DNA of 64,000 bases from Eledone cirrhosa (Eukaryota): the NCBI GenBank assembly GCA_964016885.1, contig OZ024742.1, positions 196,416,001 through 196,480,000 of the forward strand, read 5' to 3'. The notes beneath the pieces are model-generated. The model did no database searches. It was not told the origin of the DNA and was given only the letters and a program-made list of their open reading frames with translations. Each line of letters begins with the position of its first letter. Within the stretch, counting starts at the first letter, position 1. Below, one piece after another: positions 13,081-25,012 of this stretch. The translations under genes were made by a program, and so were the position numbers.

Positions 13081-14583
13081 TCATCATCATCATCATCATC
13101 CTCGTTTAACGTCCACTTTCCACGCTAACATCGGTTAGACGGGAGTTGTCCCACTTGAGGCAAGGTTGGTCGGGTGACCGTGTCTCGCTCATATAGGACT
13201 ATCTGGCAGGTTTTCTACGGCTGGATGCCCTTCCTAACACCAACCACATTTACAGTGTGGAACTGGGAACTTTTTACCATGTTACCTACACGGCCACATT
13301 ACAGCGTGGACTGTGTGTTTTTTTCTCGTGACACCTACACGATCTCGATCTCATTTATCTCATTTATTTGGATTGGATGTTGTGGTACCAACTTTATAGA
13401 GAGGGGGTGGTGTTGGTAGAAGTGGGAGGATAGGGTAGGGGTAGTGGATTGGGGTGTAAATTTGGTTAAGAGGTGCCTACTGACTAGGTTTCGCTTTGTA
13501 CATAGGCAAGGCGGATCTTCTGTATTACTGCGTAGCGCCAAAGATCTTGGTCCAGTGACATTGTCTTAGAGAGGTGCAAGTGTGTAAGGTCGGAATTTAT
13601 CAGATCGTCCCAGGTTTTTCTGGGTCTACCTACTCCGTAACTACCATCAATGCACTTTTTTATACAGCTGTCGTCTTTCATGCGCATCACGTGACCATAC
13701 CAACGTAGTCTTCTCTCGAGTAAACAGCATCTGATCCCTCTTATTCCTAATTTCTCACTTAGTTCATTTATGCTTTGCCGTTCACGTATATTACTATTAC
13801 ACATCCAACGGAGCATGCATGTTTCGTTCCTTTCCAGTCTACGAGGTCCTCTGCACGCAATGCCCACGTCTCACTGCCTGTAGCATTGCTGTTCGTATAC
13901 AAGCATCATACAATCTGCCTTTCATTTTTAGAGAGAAACCTTTTGTGGCTAACAGCGGTATAAGCTCTGAACTTTTTCCATCCCGTTCTGACTGGCTACT
14001 GTACTTTCAGAACACCCTCCACCACTGCTGATTTCGTCACCCAGGTAACGGAAAGTGTCTACTATTTCTATAGAACCATCTGGGCAATAGAAGGAGCTAG
14101 TATCTTGTGGACACTTGCTACCTATTGCACCTGAGCATCAGCCACATATAAAGTCTACGTTCTTAGATAGTTTACCTGTGATCCCACTACATCTTTTATG
14201 TACCCATACTTTGCATTTGGGACATAAAATTGAATTTCTGCCTACTCCTTTCCTACACACTGAGCAAGGCCATTTCTCTGAGGGTACCTGTACCTTATTT
14301 TCTTTCCTACAAACTAGAATTTTAGTCTTAGACAAGTTAACTTTAAGGCCTTTTGATTTTAGGCCATGCTTCCATCTTTGGAATTTCTTTTCTAGTTCAG
14401 CCATTGATTCAGTTATGAGCGTTGGATTATCTGCGTATAGGAGTTCCCATGGGCAGCCGGTCTTGAACTCCTCTGTTATAGCCTGAAGGGCAATAATAAT
14501 TAAGAGGGGGCTAAGGACAGAACCTTGATGAACGCCAACTTTTACACTAAATTCTTCACAATATTCATTGTTAATTCTAACCT
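13081..14583 (-). mobile_element. RTE LINE 3' half, young subfamily, disrupted
   Basis: VGVHQGSVLSPLL, CPWELLYAD, KWPCSVCRKGVGRNSILC, RLRWYGHVMRM; (CAT)n tail at 13081-13100. Confidence 0.93.
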
Positions 14584-14585
14584 TA

Positions 14586-14885
14586 ATTATGTAATAAACA
14601 ACATAAGATAATTATTTCATTTACCAGTGGTTTCTTGAAGACATATCTGTCTTCAGTCGTCAGAATGAATAAATGACATGGTGTATTTATTAAATATGGA
14701 TTTAATAAATACACCATGTCATTTATTCATTCTAATGACTGAAGATAGATATAAATATCTGCCTTCAAGAAACCACTGGTAAATGAAATAATTATCTTAT
14801 GTTGTTTATTACATAACTAATAAGCTCCGTAGCCTACATAGAGCACTCTCTTTTCCTGTACCTCTCCTACAGAAATACTTCATTT
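14586..14885. mobile_element. Penelope-like fold-back element: ~110-bp inverted arms (14586-14817) plus ~65-nt tail ending in (TA)n
   Basis: ttatgtaataaacaacataagataattatttcatttaccagtggtttcttgaag is reverse-complemented at ~14764-14817; hammerhead motif in both arms. Confidence 0.75.
14612..14673 (-). ncRNA. Type I hammerhead ribozyme motif
   Basis: Minus strand: ttaTTCATT-CTGACGA-c-TGAAGACA-gata-TGTCTTCA-a-GAAA-CC-act-GG-T-A-AATGAA-ataa. All core nucleotides, three helices and a GUA cleavage triplet are present; C.A mismatch at the base of stem II. Confidence 0.65.
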
Positions 14886-15059
14886 ATATATATATATACG
14901 CGTGCGTGCGTGCGTGTATTTGTATCTATCACCATCATAGTTTTATGTCCATTTTCCAAGCTAGCATGGGTCAGGCGAGTTTTCCTGACACCAAAACGAC
15001 TACTTTACAGGTTGACTGGATGCTTTTTGTCGGGTCACTAGTACAACCAGCTGACAGGG

Positions 15060-15064
15060 TGTGG

Positions 15065-15140
<76 letters not shown>

Positions 15141-15198
15141 TTGTGTGTGGTTGTGTGTGGTTGTGTGTGGTTGTGTGTGGTTGTGTGTGTGTGTGTGT

Positions 15199-15235
<37 letters not shown>

Positions 15236-15248
15236 TGTGTCTGTGTCT

Positions 15249-15290
<42 letters not shown>

Positions 15291-15310
15291 TTGTGTGTAT
15301 ATATATATAT
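15060..15310. repeat. (GT)n microsatellite, interrupted
   Basis: Directly visible. Confidence 0.95.
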
Positions 15311-15670
15311 ATGTGTGCGTACATGTGTACTTGGTGAAAATGAAAGTTGAGAAGTCTTAAAGTGGTAATAGTAATATCAAAGGCTTGATACAAGATGCAT
15401 TTGTTTGTGAGTCAGTGTGTGTCTGTCGGACTGCCAGTGTGCCTGTCTGCCTGCCTGGTACTTGTGTGTATTTTTAGCCAACATGTAAAAAGATCTGGAT
15501 TCATTAAGTGAACATGTCTAAATTAGACTTCATAATAAGAATAAGATTTGATAAACTTTCAAAAAATTAGCTCTAGATTTGTATTTATTGCTGTTTTCTA
15601 TAATTTTAGTAATATTTAAAAAAAAACACTGGTGACAAGTTGGTAAAATTGTTAGAGTGGTAGAATAAGC

Positions 15671-15875
15671 CTTTACATTACTCTATATTTACTATTATAT
15701 TTTCACAGTGAAGGCTTTACTTCACATAGTTATCTCACATAATATCGAATATATGAGATTTTGATGTTATTTATTTTGAGAACAATACCTTAACATCTGT
15801 ATGAGCGGCCAGTTACAGCTGGTTTGAACAGAAAGAGGTGAGAGAGTTCTGGCTGGATACAGTTGGTTTAAATGC
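15671..15875 (-). mobile_element. piggyBac-like MITE copy (TIRs eroded) lying within a SINE
   Basis: Reverse complement of the 19849-20075 element; SINE head and B-box pieces flank it. Confidence 0.75.
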
Positions 15876-16509
15876 TTTGCAGTATATGCTCCAGCTCTCT
15901 GTGCTCAGAGTTCAAATCCTGCCATAGTTAACTTTGCTTTACATCTTTTCAGGGTGGATATATTAAGTCACAGGCCATGGGATAGTGGATTGCCAGAATT
16001 GATAGAGCACCAGGCAATATAATTTGTGGTGTCTGTCCTCACTGAGTTCAAATTCCACCATCCACCCCAGATAAGTTTAAAACCAGCCAGTTACTGAGGT
16101 TTCATTCTGCAGTGGATTAAAACATCAGCAGAGAAAGTCACCTATACAACTGAATCCTTCAAAATTCTTAAGCATTTTAAAATTATTTGAAAGCCAAAGA
16201 CAGTACATTTCATTAGAAATGCTTATATCTATTGATAAACTTTCCATCATAATTTTATGTAAGAAAACTATAATTTTAATTATATAATTTTACTGATGTA
16301 AAGAAATACCTGCTTAAAGGACGAGCATCCGACTGTAACACACCGTTTAAAAAATGAGCTTATGAGAATGAAGTATGCCATAGGGCTCACAAGGCTAACC
16401 CCTGTTTTAGCAAGGAAAATAGCCCTAAAGCACTTGTTGAGCTGTAAAGAAATGCCTGCCTAGAAGACATTGGAGCTTTATGTAATTCATAAACTGCATA
16501 GCTACAATT

Positions 16510-16658
16510 CTTTCGAAAGGTGGGCTGAAAAGTTCATAGGCTGACTATGAAGGAGTGATGCTGGAGCTGTGGTTGCAAGCATTCATTTCAACTCTTCTTA
16601 TTAATCATTCCATGAGAGTAACTTAGTCAGCCTATGAACGTTTGAGCTGGCTCTCGTA
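16510..16658. mobile_element. mariner-type MITE
   Basis: TIRs gggctgaaaagttcataggctgact / agtcagcctatgaacgtttgagctggctctcgTA. Confidence 0.75.
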
Positions 16659-16671
16659 TGTATGATCTGGC

Positions 16672-17866
16672 TTCAAATTTCACCAAGTTCAACTAAGGTA
16701 AGGAACTGGTAGAGTTGATAGAGCTGAGGAGATCTGGTTTCAAATCTCAGTTCAACTAAGATAGGAAACTGGTAGAGTTGATAGAGCAGAGGAGATCTGG
16801 TTTCAAGTCTCAGTTTAACTAAGGTAAGGATCTGGTAGAGTTGATAGAGCTGAGGAGATCTGGTTTCAAATCTCAGTTCAACTAAGATAGGAAACTGGTA
16901 GAGTTGATAGAGCAGAGGAGATCTGGTTTCAAGTCTCAGTTTAACTAAGATAGGGAACTGGTAGAGTTGATAGAGCAGAGGAGATCTGGTTTCAAATCTC
17001 AGTTTAACTAAGGTAAGGATCTGGTAGAGTTGATAGAGCAGAGGAGATCTGGTTTCAAGTCTCAGTTCAACTAAGATAGGGAACTGGTAGAGTTGATAGA
17101 ACAGAGGAGATCTGATTTCAAATCTCAGTTCAACTAAGATAGGGAACTGGTAGAGTTGATAGAGCAGAGGAGATCTGGTTTCAAATCTTAGTTCAACTAA
17201 GATAGGGAACTGGTAGAGTTGATAGAACAGAGGAGATCTGATTTCAAATCTCAGTTCAACTAAGATAGGGAACTGGTAGAGTTGATAGAGCAGAGGAGAT
17301 CTGGTTTCAAATCTTAGTTCAACTAAGATAGGAAACTGGTAGAGTTGATAGAGCAGAGGAGATCTGGTTTCAAGTCTCAGTTTAACTAAGATAGGGAACT
17401 GGTAGAGTTGATAGAGCAGAGGAGATCTGGTTTCAAATCTCAGTTTAACTAAGATAAGGATCTGGTAGAGTTGATAGAGCAGAGGAGATCTGGTTTCAAG
17501 TCTCAGTTCAACTAAGATAGGGAACTGGTAGAGTTGATAGAACAGAGGAGATCTGATTTCAAATCTCAGTTCAACTAAGATAGGGAACTGGTAGAGTTGA
17601 TAGAGCAGAGGAGATCTGGTTTCAAATCTTAGTTCAACTAAGATAGGGAACTGGTAGAGTTGATAGAGCAGAGGAGATCTGGTTTCAAATCTTAGTTCAA
17701 CTAAGATAGGGAACTGGTAGAGTTGATAGAGCAGAGGAGATCTGGTTTCAAATCTTAGTTCAACTAAGATAGGGAACTGGTAGAGTTGATAGAGCAGAGG
17801 AGATCTGGTTTCAAATCTTAGTTCAACTAAGATAGGGAACTGGTAGAGTTGATAGAGCAGAGGAGA
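16672..17866. repeat. 63-bp minisatellite, ~19 copies, SINE-derived
   Basis: Unit gagatctggtttcaaatctcagttcaactaagatagggaactggtagagttgatagagcagag; the last unit runs into a SINE head at 17836-17930. Confidence 0.95.
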
Positions 17867-18439
17867 AAATACCTTTTGGTATTTGTTTTGGCTCTTGGAG
17901 TTCAAAAGCTGCCAAAATCAACTTAGCTTGAAAAGCATATTAACCATTCCATTACTATGGAGTATGATTAATATATCATATATCATCACCACCACCACAA
18001 TTTAACATGGAAAAATAGACTTTAAACAGTGATGATGATGATAATTATTTAATCTTATGAGGTAAAAGAGGAATGGGTCATAGTAGCAGCTGTCCATTAC
18101 CACAACAGAAACTGAATGGAGGATTTCTCTGGGAGCTTCTAAAGAATCTTTCCTTCAACCACCAGAATACACCATATTTAGAACATTTCTCATCCAGCTT
18201 TCCCACGTAGTTTATTTCAATTACATTTTTTTTTTTTTACATCCGTCAATTTTGTGATGTTTGGAAAATGTCTGGACAACTTTTTTTAGTATGTTTGAAG
18301 CCGACAAGGTTTGTCTACTAAAAAAATATATTGTATGTATGCCTGTTTCAATGTTATGTGGGTGTATGTTCCAATGTTATGTGTGCATCTTTCAATGTTA
18401 TATGCATGTTTCAATATTAAGTGTATGTGTTATGATATC

Positions 18440-18645
18440 TTCCCTTCCTGTTAGTCTAACTGCTATCCAAGATTTACAGTATGTACACTGTATAGAGTTT
18501 ATGCTTACTCCTTTTCTAAATATTGAGCAGGGCCACTTCCTTGAAGGAATCAGGGTCCTATCTTCTTTCCTACTTACTAGCACTTTAGTTTTGGCTAAGT
18601 TTACTCTCAGCCATTTTAATTCTAAATTCTGTTCCCATAGTTGGA
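18440..18645 (-). mobile_element. Degenerate RTE internal fragment
   Basis: LVSRKEDRTLIPSRKWPCSIFRKGVSINSIQC. Confidence 0.8.
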
Positions 18646-18651
18646 ATCAGA

Positions 18652-18933
18652 CCCCCTTTAGTCAAGAATGACCATGGGATTTGTACCTAGAAAGTTCTGC
18701 AGGGCTGTTTATGGGAGACCAGTAGTCACCCATGCATACCAGTCTCTTCTCTCCACGCCATTAATGTTGTCCAAGGAAAAGGCTGATACAGCCTGGCACC
18801 AGTGATGTTGCAATTCATTTCTACAGCTGTGTGAAATAATGTACCTTGCTCAAGGACACAATGCATGGCCCAGTCTGGGAATCAAACTCACAACCTCACG
18901 ATTGTAAGCCAGACGCTCTACCCACTAAACCCA
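18652..18933 (-). mobile_element. tRNA-headed SINE, probably a third family
   Basis: Minus strand begins gtgggtttagtgggtagagcgtctggcttacaatc..gagtttgattccc (A and B boxes), then ccttgagcaaggtaca. Confidence 0.75.
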
Positions 18934-19087
18934 CACACACATATATAGGAGGGTATCCAACTGTAGAAATCAAGCCAAAATCAGTTCCCATCCCACCCTT
19001 GCAAGCAGGGAAAAAGCGGACGTAGAATGAAATGAATGAATAGGACTAGACAGTGGAAAAAATAAAAAACGGAAAAACGGACAATCC

Positions 19088-19129
<42 letters not shown>

Positions 19130-19848
19130 ATATATATTTTCATCACCATTTTCTATTTTCCATGATTGCATGGGTTAGGTAGGTTGCCATATTTTAAAAC
19201 TAGACAGTTTATATATATCATACACACAGATACTTACACAGACACACACAGAGGTAATTATAAATCATTGCAGAACAGGAAAATGTAAAAAATATTAGAA
19301 AAAACACACATACACACTCAAGATAGAAATTTAAAAGAACCTTGATGATGAGGGCAATGGTGATGGTAATGAGGACATTGATGATGACGATGATGACAGT
19401 GGTATTGATGAGGATAATGATGATGGTTATGAACCTTCATCTTAAATGTAGGATCCATCTATTTACAAAAAAAAAAAAAAAAAGATACCATTTTGGCCAA
19501 TTAATTTCTTCAGACCAGGCCTATAGGTTGGACACATTAAAATAATGGCCAGAAACCTCACCATAATAAAATAGTTAGATCTGAAAATAACTAGGTCGGT
19601 CCGACGGAGACTGTCTTGTTTAAATAAAAGGTTCTTGAAATACGAAACATCTGAAGAATCTATAAGAATGTTATTGCTGGAATTTATTGATGAAAGCTGC
19701 TTTCAAGAGAAGCTTCTGAAGTTGAAATAAAGCAATAAAGTAAATAATATATATTAAAAATATCACTTTCCATCATCATCACCATTTTATGAGTATTTTC
19801 CATGTCTGCATGGGTTAGACAGATTGACACATCATGAGGATAGATACT

Positions 19849-20075
19849 TTAACCCTTTAGCATTTAAACCAGCCATATCCGGTCAGAATTCTCTCACCTC
19901 TTTCTGTTCAGACTGGCCATAAGAGTCTGTTCATACGTATGTTAAGGTATTCTTCTCAAAATAAATAATATCAAAATCTCAGATTCAATATTATGTGAGA
20001 TAATTATATGAGGTAAAGCTTTTACCACAAAAATACAATAGTAAATATGGAGTAATGTAAATACTTAAAGGTTAA
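19849..20075 (+). mobile_element. piggyBac-like MITE (~225 bp, TTAA target); a second tandem copy starts at 20072 and is split by an RTE
   Basis: TTAA-ccctttagcattta ... taaatacttaaagg-TTAA. Second copy covers 20072-20189 plus 21506-21560; a further copy lies at 44657-44876. Confidence 0.8.
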
Positions 20076-20189
20076 CCCTTTAACATTTAAACCAGCTATA
20101 TCCGGCCAGAATTCTCTCACCTTTTTCTGTTCAAACCAGCCCCAACTCGCCCATCATACTGATATTAAGGTATTGTTCTCGAAAATAAG

Positions 20190-21505
20190 GCGGCGGTCCC
20201 ATCGGGGAAATGGCCATGCTCAGTGTGTAGGAAAGGCGTAGGTAGAAACTCCATTTTATGTCCCAAATGCAAAGTATGGGTGCATAAAAGATGTAGTGGG
20301 ATCACAGGTAAGCTAACTAAGAACATAGATTTTACATGTGGCCGGTGCTCTGGTGCAATAAGTAGCAGCAAGTGCCCACAAAATACTAGCTCCTTCAACT
20401 GCGCAGAGGGTTCTATAGAAATAGTGGACAGCTTCCGTTATCTGGGTGACAAAATCAGCAGTGGGGGAGGGTGCTCTGAAAGTACAGTAGCTAGAGTCAG
20501 AACTGGATGGAAAAAGTTCAGAGAGCTTATACCACTATTAGCCGCTAGAGGGTTCTCCCTAAAAATGAAAGGCAGGTTATACGATGCCTGCATACGAACA
20601 GCAATGCTGCATGGCAGTGAGACCTGGGCATTGTGTGCAGAGGATATACGCAGACTAGAGAGGAACGAAGCTTGCATGCTCCGCTGGATGTGCAATAGTA
20701 ATATACGTGAACGGCAAAGCATAAACGAACTAAGGAAAAAATTAGAAATAAGAGGGATCAGATGTTTACTCGAGAGAAGGCTACGTTGGTACGGTCACGT
20801 GATGCGCATGAAAGACGACAGCTGTATAACAAAGTGCAGGGCAATAAAGATAGACGGTAGCCACGGAGTAGGCAGACCCAGAAAAACATGGGACGAGCTG
20901 ATAAATTCCGACCTCACACGCTTACACCTCTCCAAGACAATGTCACTGGACCGAGACCTTTGGCGGTACTCAGTAATAAAGAAGACCCGCCTTACCTAAA
21001 TACAAAGTAAAAACCTACTACAGTCAGTAGGCATCTCTATCAAAACACACCCCCGTCCCACCACCTCCACCCCACCCACACCGCCCCTTTCAATGTAAAG
21101 TTATGTTGGTCCCACAACATCCAGGCCGAAACAAATGAGATCGTGTAGGTGTCACGACAAAAAACACACAGTCCACGCTGTAAATGTGGCCGTGTAGGCA
21201 ACACGGTAAAAACCTCCCAGCCCCACACTGTAAATGTGGTTGGTGTTAGGAAGGGCATCCAGCTGTAGAAAACCCGCCAGACAGTCCACGCTGTAATGTG
21301 GCCGTGTAGGCAACACGGTAAAAACCTCCCAGCCCCACACTGTAAATGTGGTTGGTGTTAGGAAGGGCATCCAACTGTAGAAAACCCGCCAGACAGTCCT
21401 ATGCGAGCAAGACAACCACTCTTGCCTCAAGTGGGAAAACCCCCGTCCAAACCCATGCAAGCGTGGAACACGGACGCTAAACCTGATGATGATGATGATG
21501 ATGAT
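20190..21505 (+). mobile_element. 5'-truncated RTE LINE with an open C-terminal ORF (to 20999) and a ~113-bp tandem duplication in the 3' UTR
   Basis: 258-aa ORF with C4HC3 finger, FRYLGD, RLRWYGHVMRM and GRPRKTW. Duplication at ~21170-21400 is bounded by acagtcc; (GAT)n tail. Confidence 0.95.
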
Positions 21506-22123
21506 CAAAGCCTTTACCATGAAAATATAATAGTAAATATAGAGTAATGTAGATGGGTTAGACATGTCTTGCCCATATATTCCATTTTGGCAGTTTCTAC
21601 AACCAGACGTCCTTCCTAATGCCAACCATTTTACACTGACAGAGTATGTTTCATTATGGTACCACCATGTTACTCTGGAGCTTACCCTCTTTACTCAGAG
21701 GGACATTAGATATGACAAGTGTGGGCCGAGTGTATTTTATTGTGGCTCCAGCATTACCACTTTACAGTGTGGGCAGAGTGTATTTTATTATGGCACCAGC
21801 ACTACTGCCTGACAGAGTGGCCTGGGTGCATTTTATCATGGCACCAGCACTACCACTTTACAGTGTGAACTGAGTGCATTTTATATCAAGACATTGCACT
21901 TACAACTCCAAGAGTTAGACTCCATCCATGTATGTATGTATGTATGTATGTATGTATGTATGCGAGTATATATATATGTGTGTGTATATATATGTGTATG
22001 TATATAAAGGAGAAAGAAGCAGGTGGTGAATAAGTGTTTGGGAATCATAACAAATAGGAAACTTTAGCTTTTTAGAATCAACATTTCATTGGCCTGGCGA
22101 AAAAACCTCAATTTACACACAAT

Positions 22124-22160
<37 letters not shown>

Positions 22161-22669
22161 ACCCATTATCTTTCTACATCTATCTGTTTATTTCATCACT
22201 TGTCACACCTCCCCACCACACTTACACACACTAAAGCTGCATCTTCCTTACGCAAAAACTATTATCTCTACTCTCCCTCCCATTGCCTTAATCTCCATCC
22301 ACTCCCTCAATCTCTCTCCTACACCTCCCACTCTCAATACTTATCAGTCCACCTCCCACGCACTCCTTCCCCTCCCACTCTCTCACCACTTAATGTCCTG
22401 TACCACATGAAACCACATGAGCAAGAAAGTACAAAACATCACTATGACTATGACACTCTAAAAACTGCTGAAGTCCTTACTTTAGTTTACTGCAAATTTT
22501 CATAATCTGTCCACTAGTAAATATACTATAAACATTTAGATTAAACCACATTAGCAAGATATTCATGAAAAGTGCACTGTGACTACATCCCATTAAGTCT
22601 TTAATCTTCACAACAATCTGTCCTCTAATAAAGATACTATAAACATTTAAAATAAACCCTTCTTTATCC

Positions 22670-22895
22670 ACTTATTCTTGAGAGGTTTGTGGGGGAAGAG
22701 TCCTCAAACACTCCTAGCGGATCCTGTCAGAAGCAACCATCTCCAGCTGATCCGGCTGGATCCCTAAGCGAGACCAGCCAAGCTCATGGTTGTTATCCAA
22801 CCAACTTGCTCGGGGTCTACCTCTGGGTCTCCTGCCAGTTGGTTTTGCTGTAAAATCTGTCCAGCAATTCTTTCCTGAGACATTCTAATCACATG
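22670..22895 (-). mobile_element. 3' fragment of a different RTE family (Expander/Rex3-like C-terminus)
   Basis: Minus strand encodes HVIRMSQERIA...RPRGRPRASWLD..LGWSRLGI (frameshifted). Confidence 0.7.
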
Positions 22896-23099
22896 CGCTT
22901 TTAGATATTTTCTGATAAATTATTAAAGAATGCAATTCTCATCTCTTCCTTCACCTCCCACTTTCAATATTCATCACTCCACCTCCCACTCTCTCAATGT
23001 CCATCTATCTCTACATTTTTCACTCCTATTCTTTGTGTTTCAATTACCCCCCAGCCCCTTCTTAAGCTGTTTTACAAATTTCTTCTAAATCCTCCCTTC

Positions 23100-24250
23100 C
23101 GAATGGGTAGAATAATGAACGAAAGGCCTTCTCTATGTTCGGAGTTTAAATCCTGCCAAGGTCAACTTTGCCTTCCATCCTACTGGGGAGGGAGGGGGGG
23201 GAGGGTCAATAAAATAATGCATCAGTTAAATATTGGAATTGATATAATCAACTTCGCCCTTGCCCCAAATTGCTGGCAATGTTAGAAGGAATTATTGATT
23301 ATTTTATTGTTCCTGCCGAAGTTAGTTTTGTTTTTCATCCTTGTGGGATCAATAAAATAAAGTACCAGTAATGCACTGGGGTCGTTTTAATCGACTTTCC
23401 CCTCCCCCAAAAATTGCTGGCCTTGTGCCTAAATCAGAAACCATTATTGTTAAATATAACTACAGGAACTTCTGTTCCCTGTTAAGTCTCAACAAGGACC
23501 TTAGACAGAGTACTTTCCTGAGTCTATAAACAGTGTCCAACAGGTCAGTCTTTTGTAGGAAAGCAAGGTGTGATTTGAGGTTTATTTGCTTAAAATACAC
23601 TCCTAGGTTTTGTGGTACCAAGGCCAAAGCTCTGATGACAACTGGAATTATTTTGATGTTATGTGGAATTCACCATATTAGAGCAATTTCAATAGTGGAT
23701 TGGAAAAAATTGTTAGAGATTCAGATAAAATGCTTTGCAGCATTTAGTTATGGTCTTTTACATAATCCCACCAAGGTCAACATTGCGTATCGTCCTTCCA
23801 GGGTTGATGAAATAATGTACCAATTAAGTATGGTGGTATAGTATAGTCCTGCAACTCTCGATCGAGTCGTAGGGGCGCTGTATTGACATATGGCATTTCT
23901 AGGACATTTTAAGCCTGGCGAAGTCCATCCCTCTCCAGGCCTGAGTACAACAGATTTCTTCCAGAGAAAGTGAGAAAGTGAGAGAGAGAAAATGAGAAAG
24001 AGATATAGAGGAAGAATCAACACCAGTACGAGACTGGTACTTTTTTTTTTTTTTTTATCGACCTCAGCGGGATTTGAACTCAGAATGCAGAGAGACAAAA
24101 CAAATACCATAAAGTATTCTACCAGCTCTGTCAATTCACCACCTATACCAGTTAAGTACTAGACTCTATATAAACAACTTTCCCCTTCCATTAAATTGCA
24201 GACATTGTGCCAGTGTTAGAAAGAATTGTTATTATTGACGGTTGCACAGC
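23100..24250. mobile_element. SINE cluster (several partial copies, both strands)
   Basis: ggagtttaaatcctgccaaggtcaactttgcc, aataaagtaccag..cactggggtcg and gggatttgaactcagaatg motifs. Confidence 0.75.
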
Positions 24251-24486
24251 AAACATGTTAGAAACCACTACTGTTGTTGATGTTGTCCCTCGGGAAGAAT
24301 GGAAACCACTACACCACAGTAGGGATCCAGCCAGACATTTGCAGGAATTTGACATTTTAGAGTTTGTAAGGAAAAATAAATTTAAACAGAAAATAAGAGA
24401 GTGTTGTAGTTTGCTTGAAGCATTGTGTAAATTGTAGAAAATACTGTTTTATTAGAAGACTAGAGCAATACAAATGGAGCATTGTC

Positions 24487-24784
24487 AAAAATATAATAAA
24501 GATGTTAGGATGTTACCTTGGAGTTGTTTAATGGTTTTTATATTTCAGGGTAAAATCCCTTCATCAAAAGAATAACTGGGGAAATTAATTCAGAGCAGGA
24601 TATCTTGTGTCACTCTAAAGCTGCCATTTTTTTTAATTTGAAAGTAACAACATAAGAGTGACACAATATTAGTTTCCTCTATTCTTTGGTGAATAATTGA
24701 AGGGATTTTATCTCGAAATATAAGGAATAATGGCCGTTAAACAGCCCCAAACTAACATCCCAACATCTTTGTTATCATATTTTT
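24487..24784. repeat. Degenerate palindrome with hammerhead remnants in both arms
   Basis: aaaaatataataaagatgttaggatgtta / taacatcccaacatctttgttatcatattttt. Minus strand 24543-24567 reads TTGATGA-AGGG-atttta-CCCT-GAAA. Confidence 0.7.
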
Positions 24785-25012
24785 AATAATTAATGTCCCA
24801 TTTGAAGAGAAAATCATGTGCAAGGAAAATGGAGGGTGGGAAATGATGTATTTATTTCTCTATAAGTTAAGGTGATGATGTACTGAATATTGTGCAGAAA
24901 AAGAAATATAATAAATACGTTGAAATTTTCCCTTTAACTGGAGAAAGAAAAGAAACAAACTTAGCAGCAATTGTTAGTGTAAAAGAGCAGATAATTTCAA
25001 TAAATTCAAAAT

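Noticed and set aside
16673-17905. 410-aa minus-strand ORF of 21-aa repeats
   Set aside because: A by-product of a 63-bp (multiple of 3) SINE-derived unit lacking a stop in one frame; non-ATG start and no protein resemblance.
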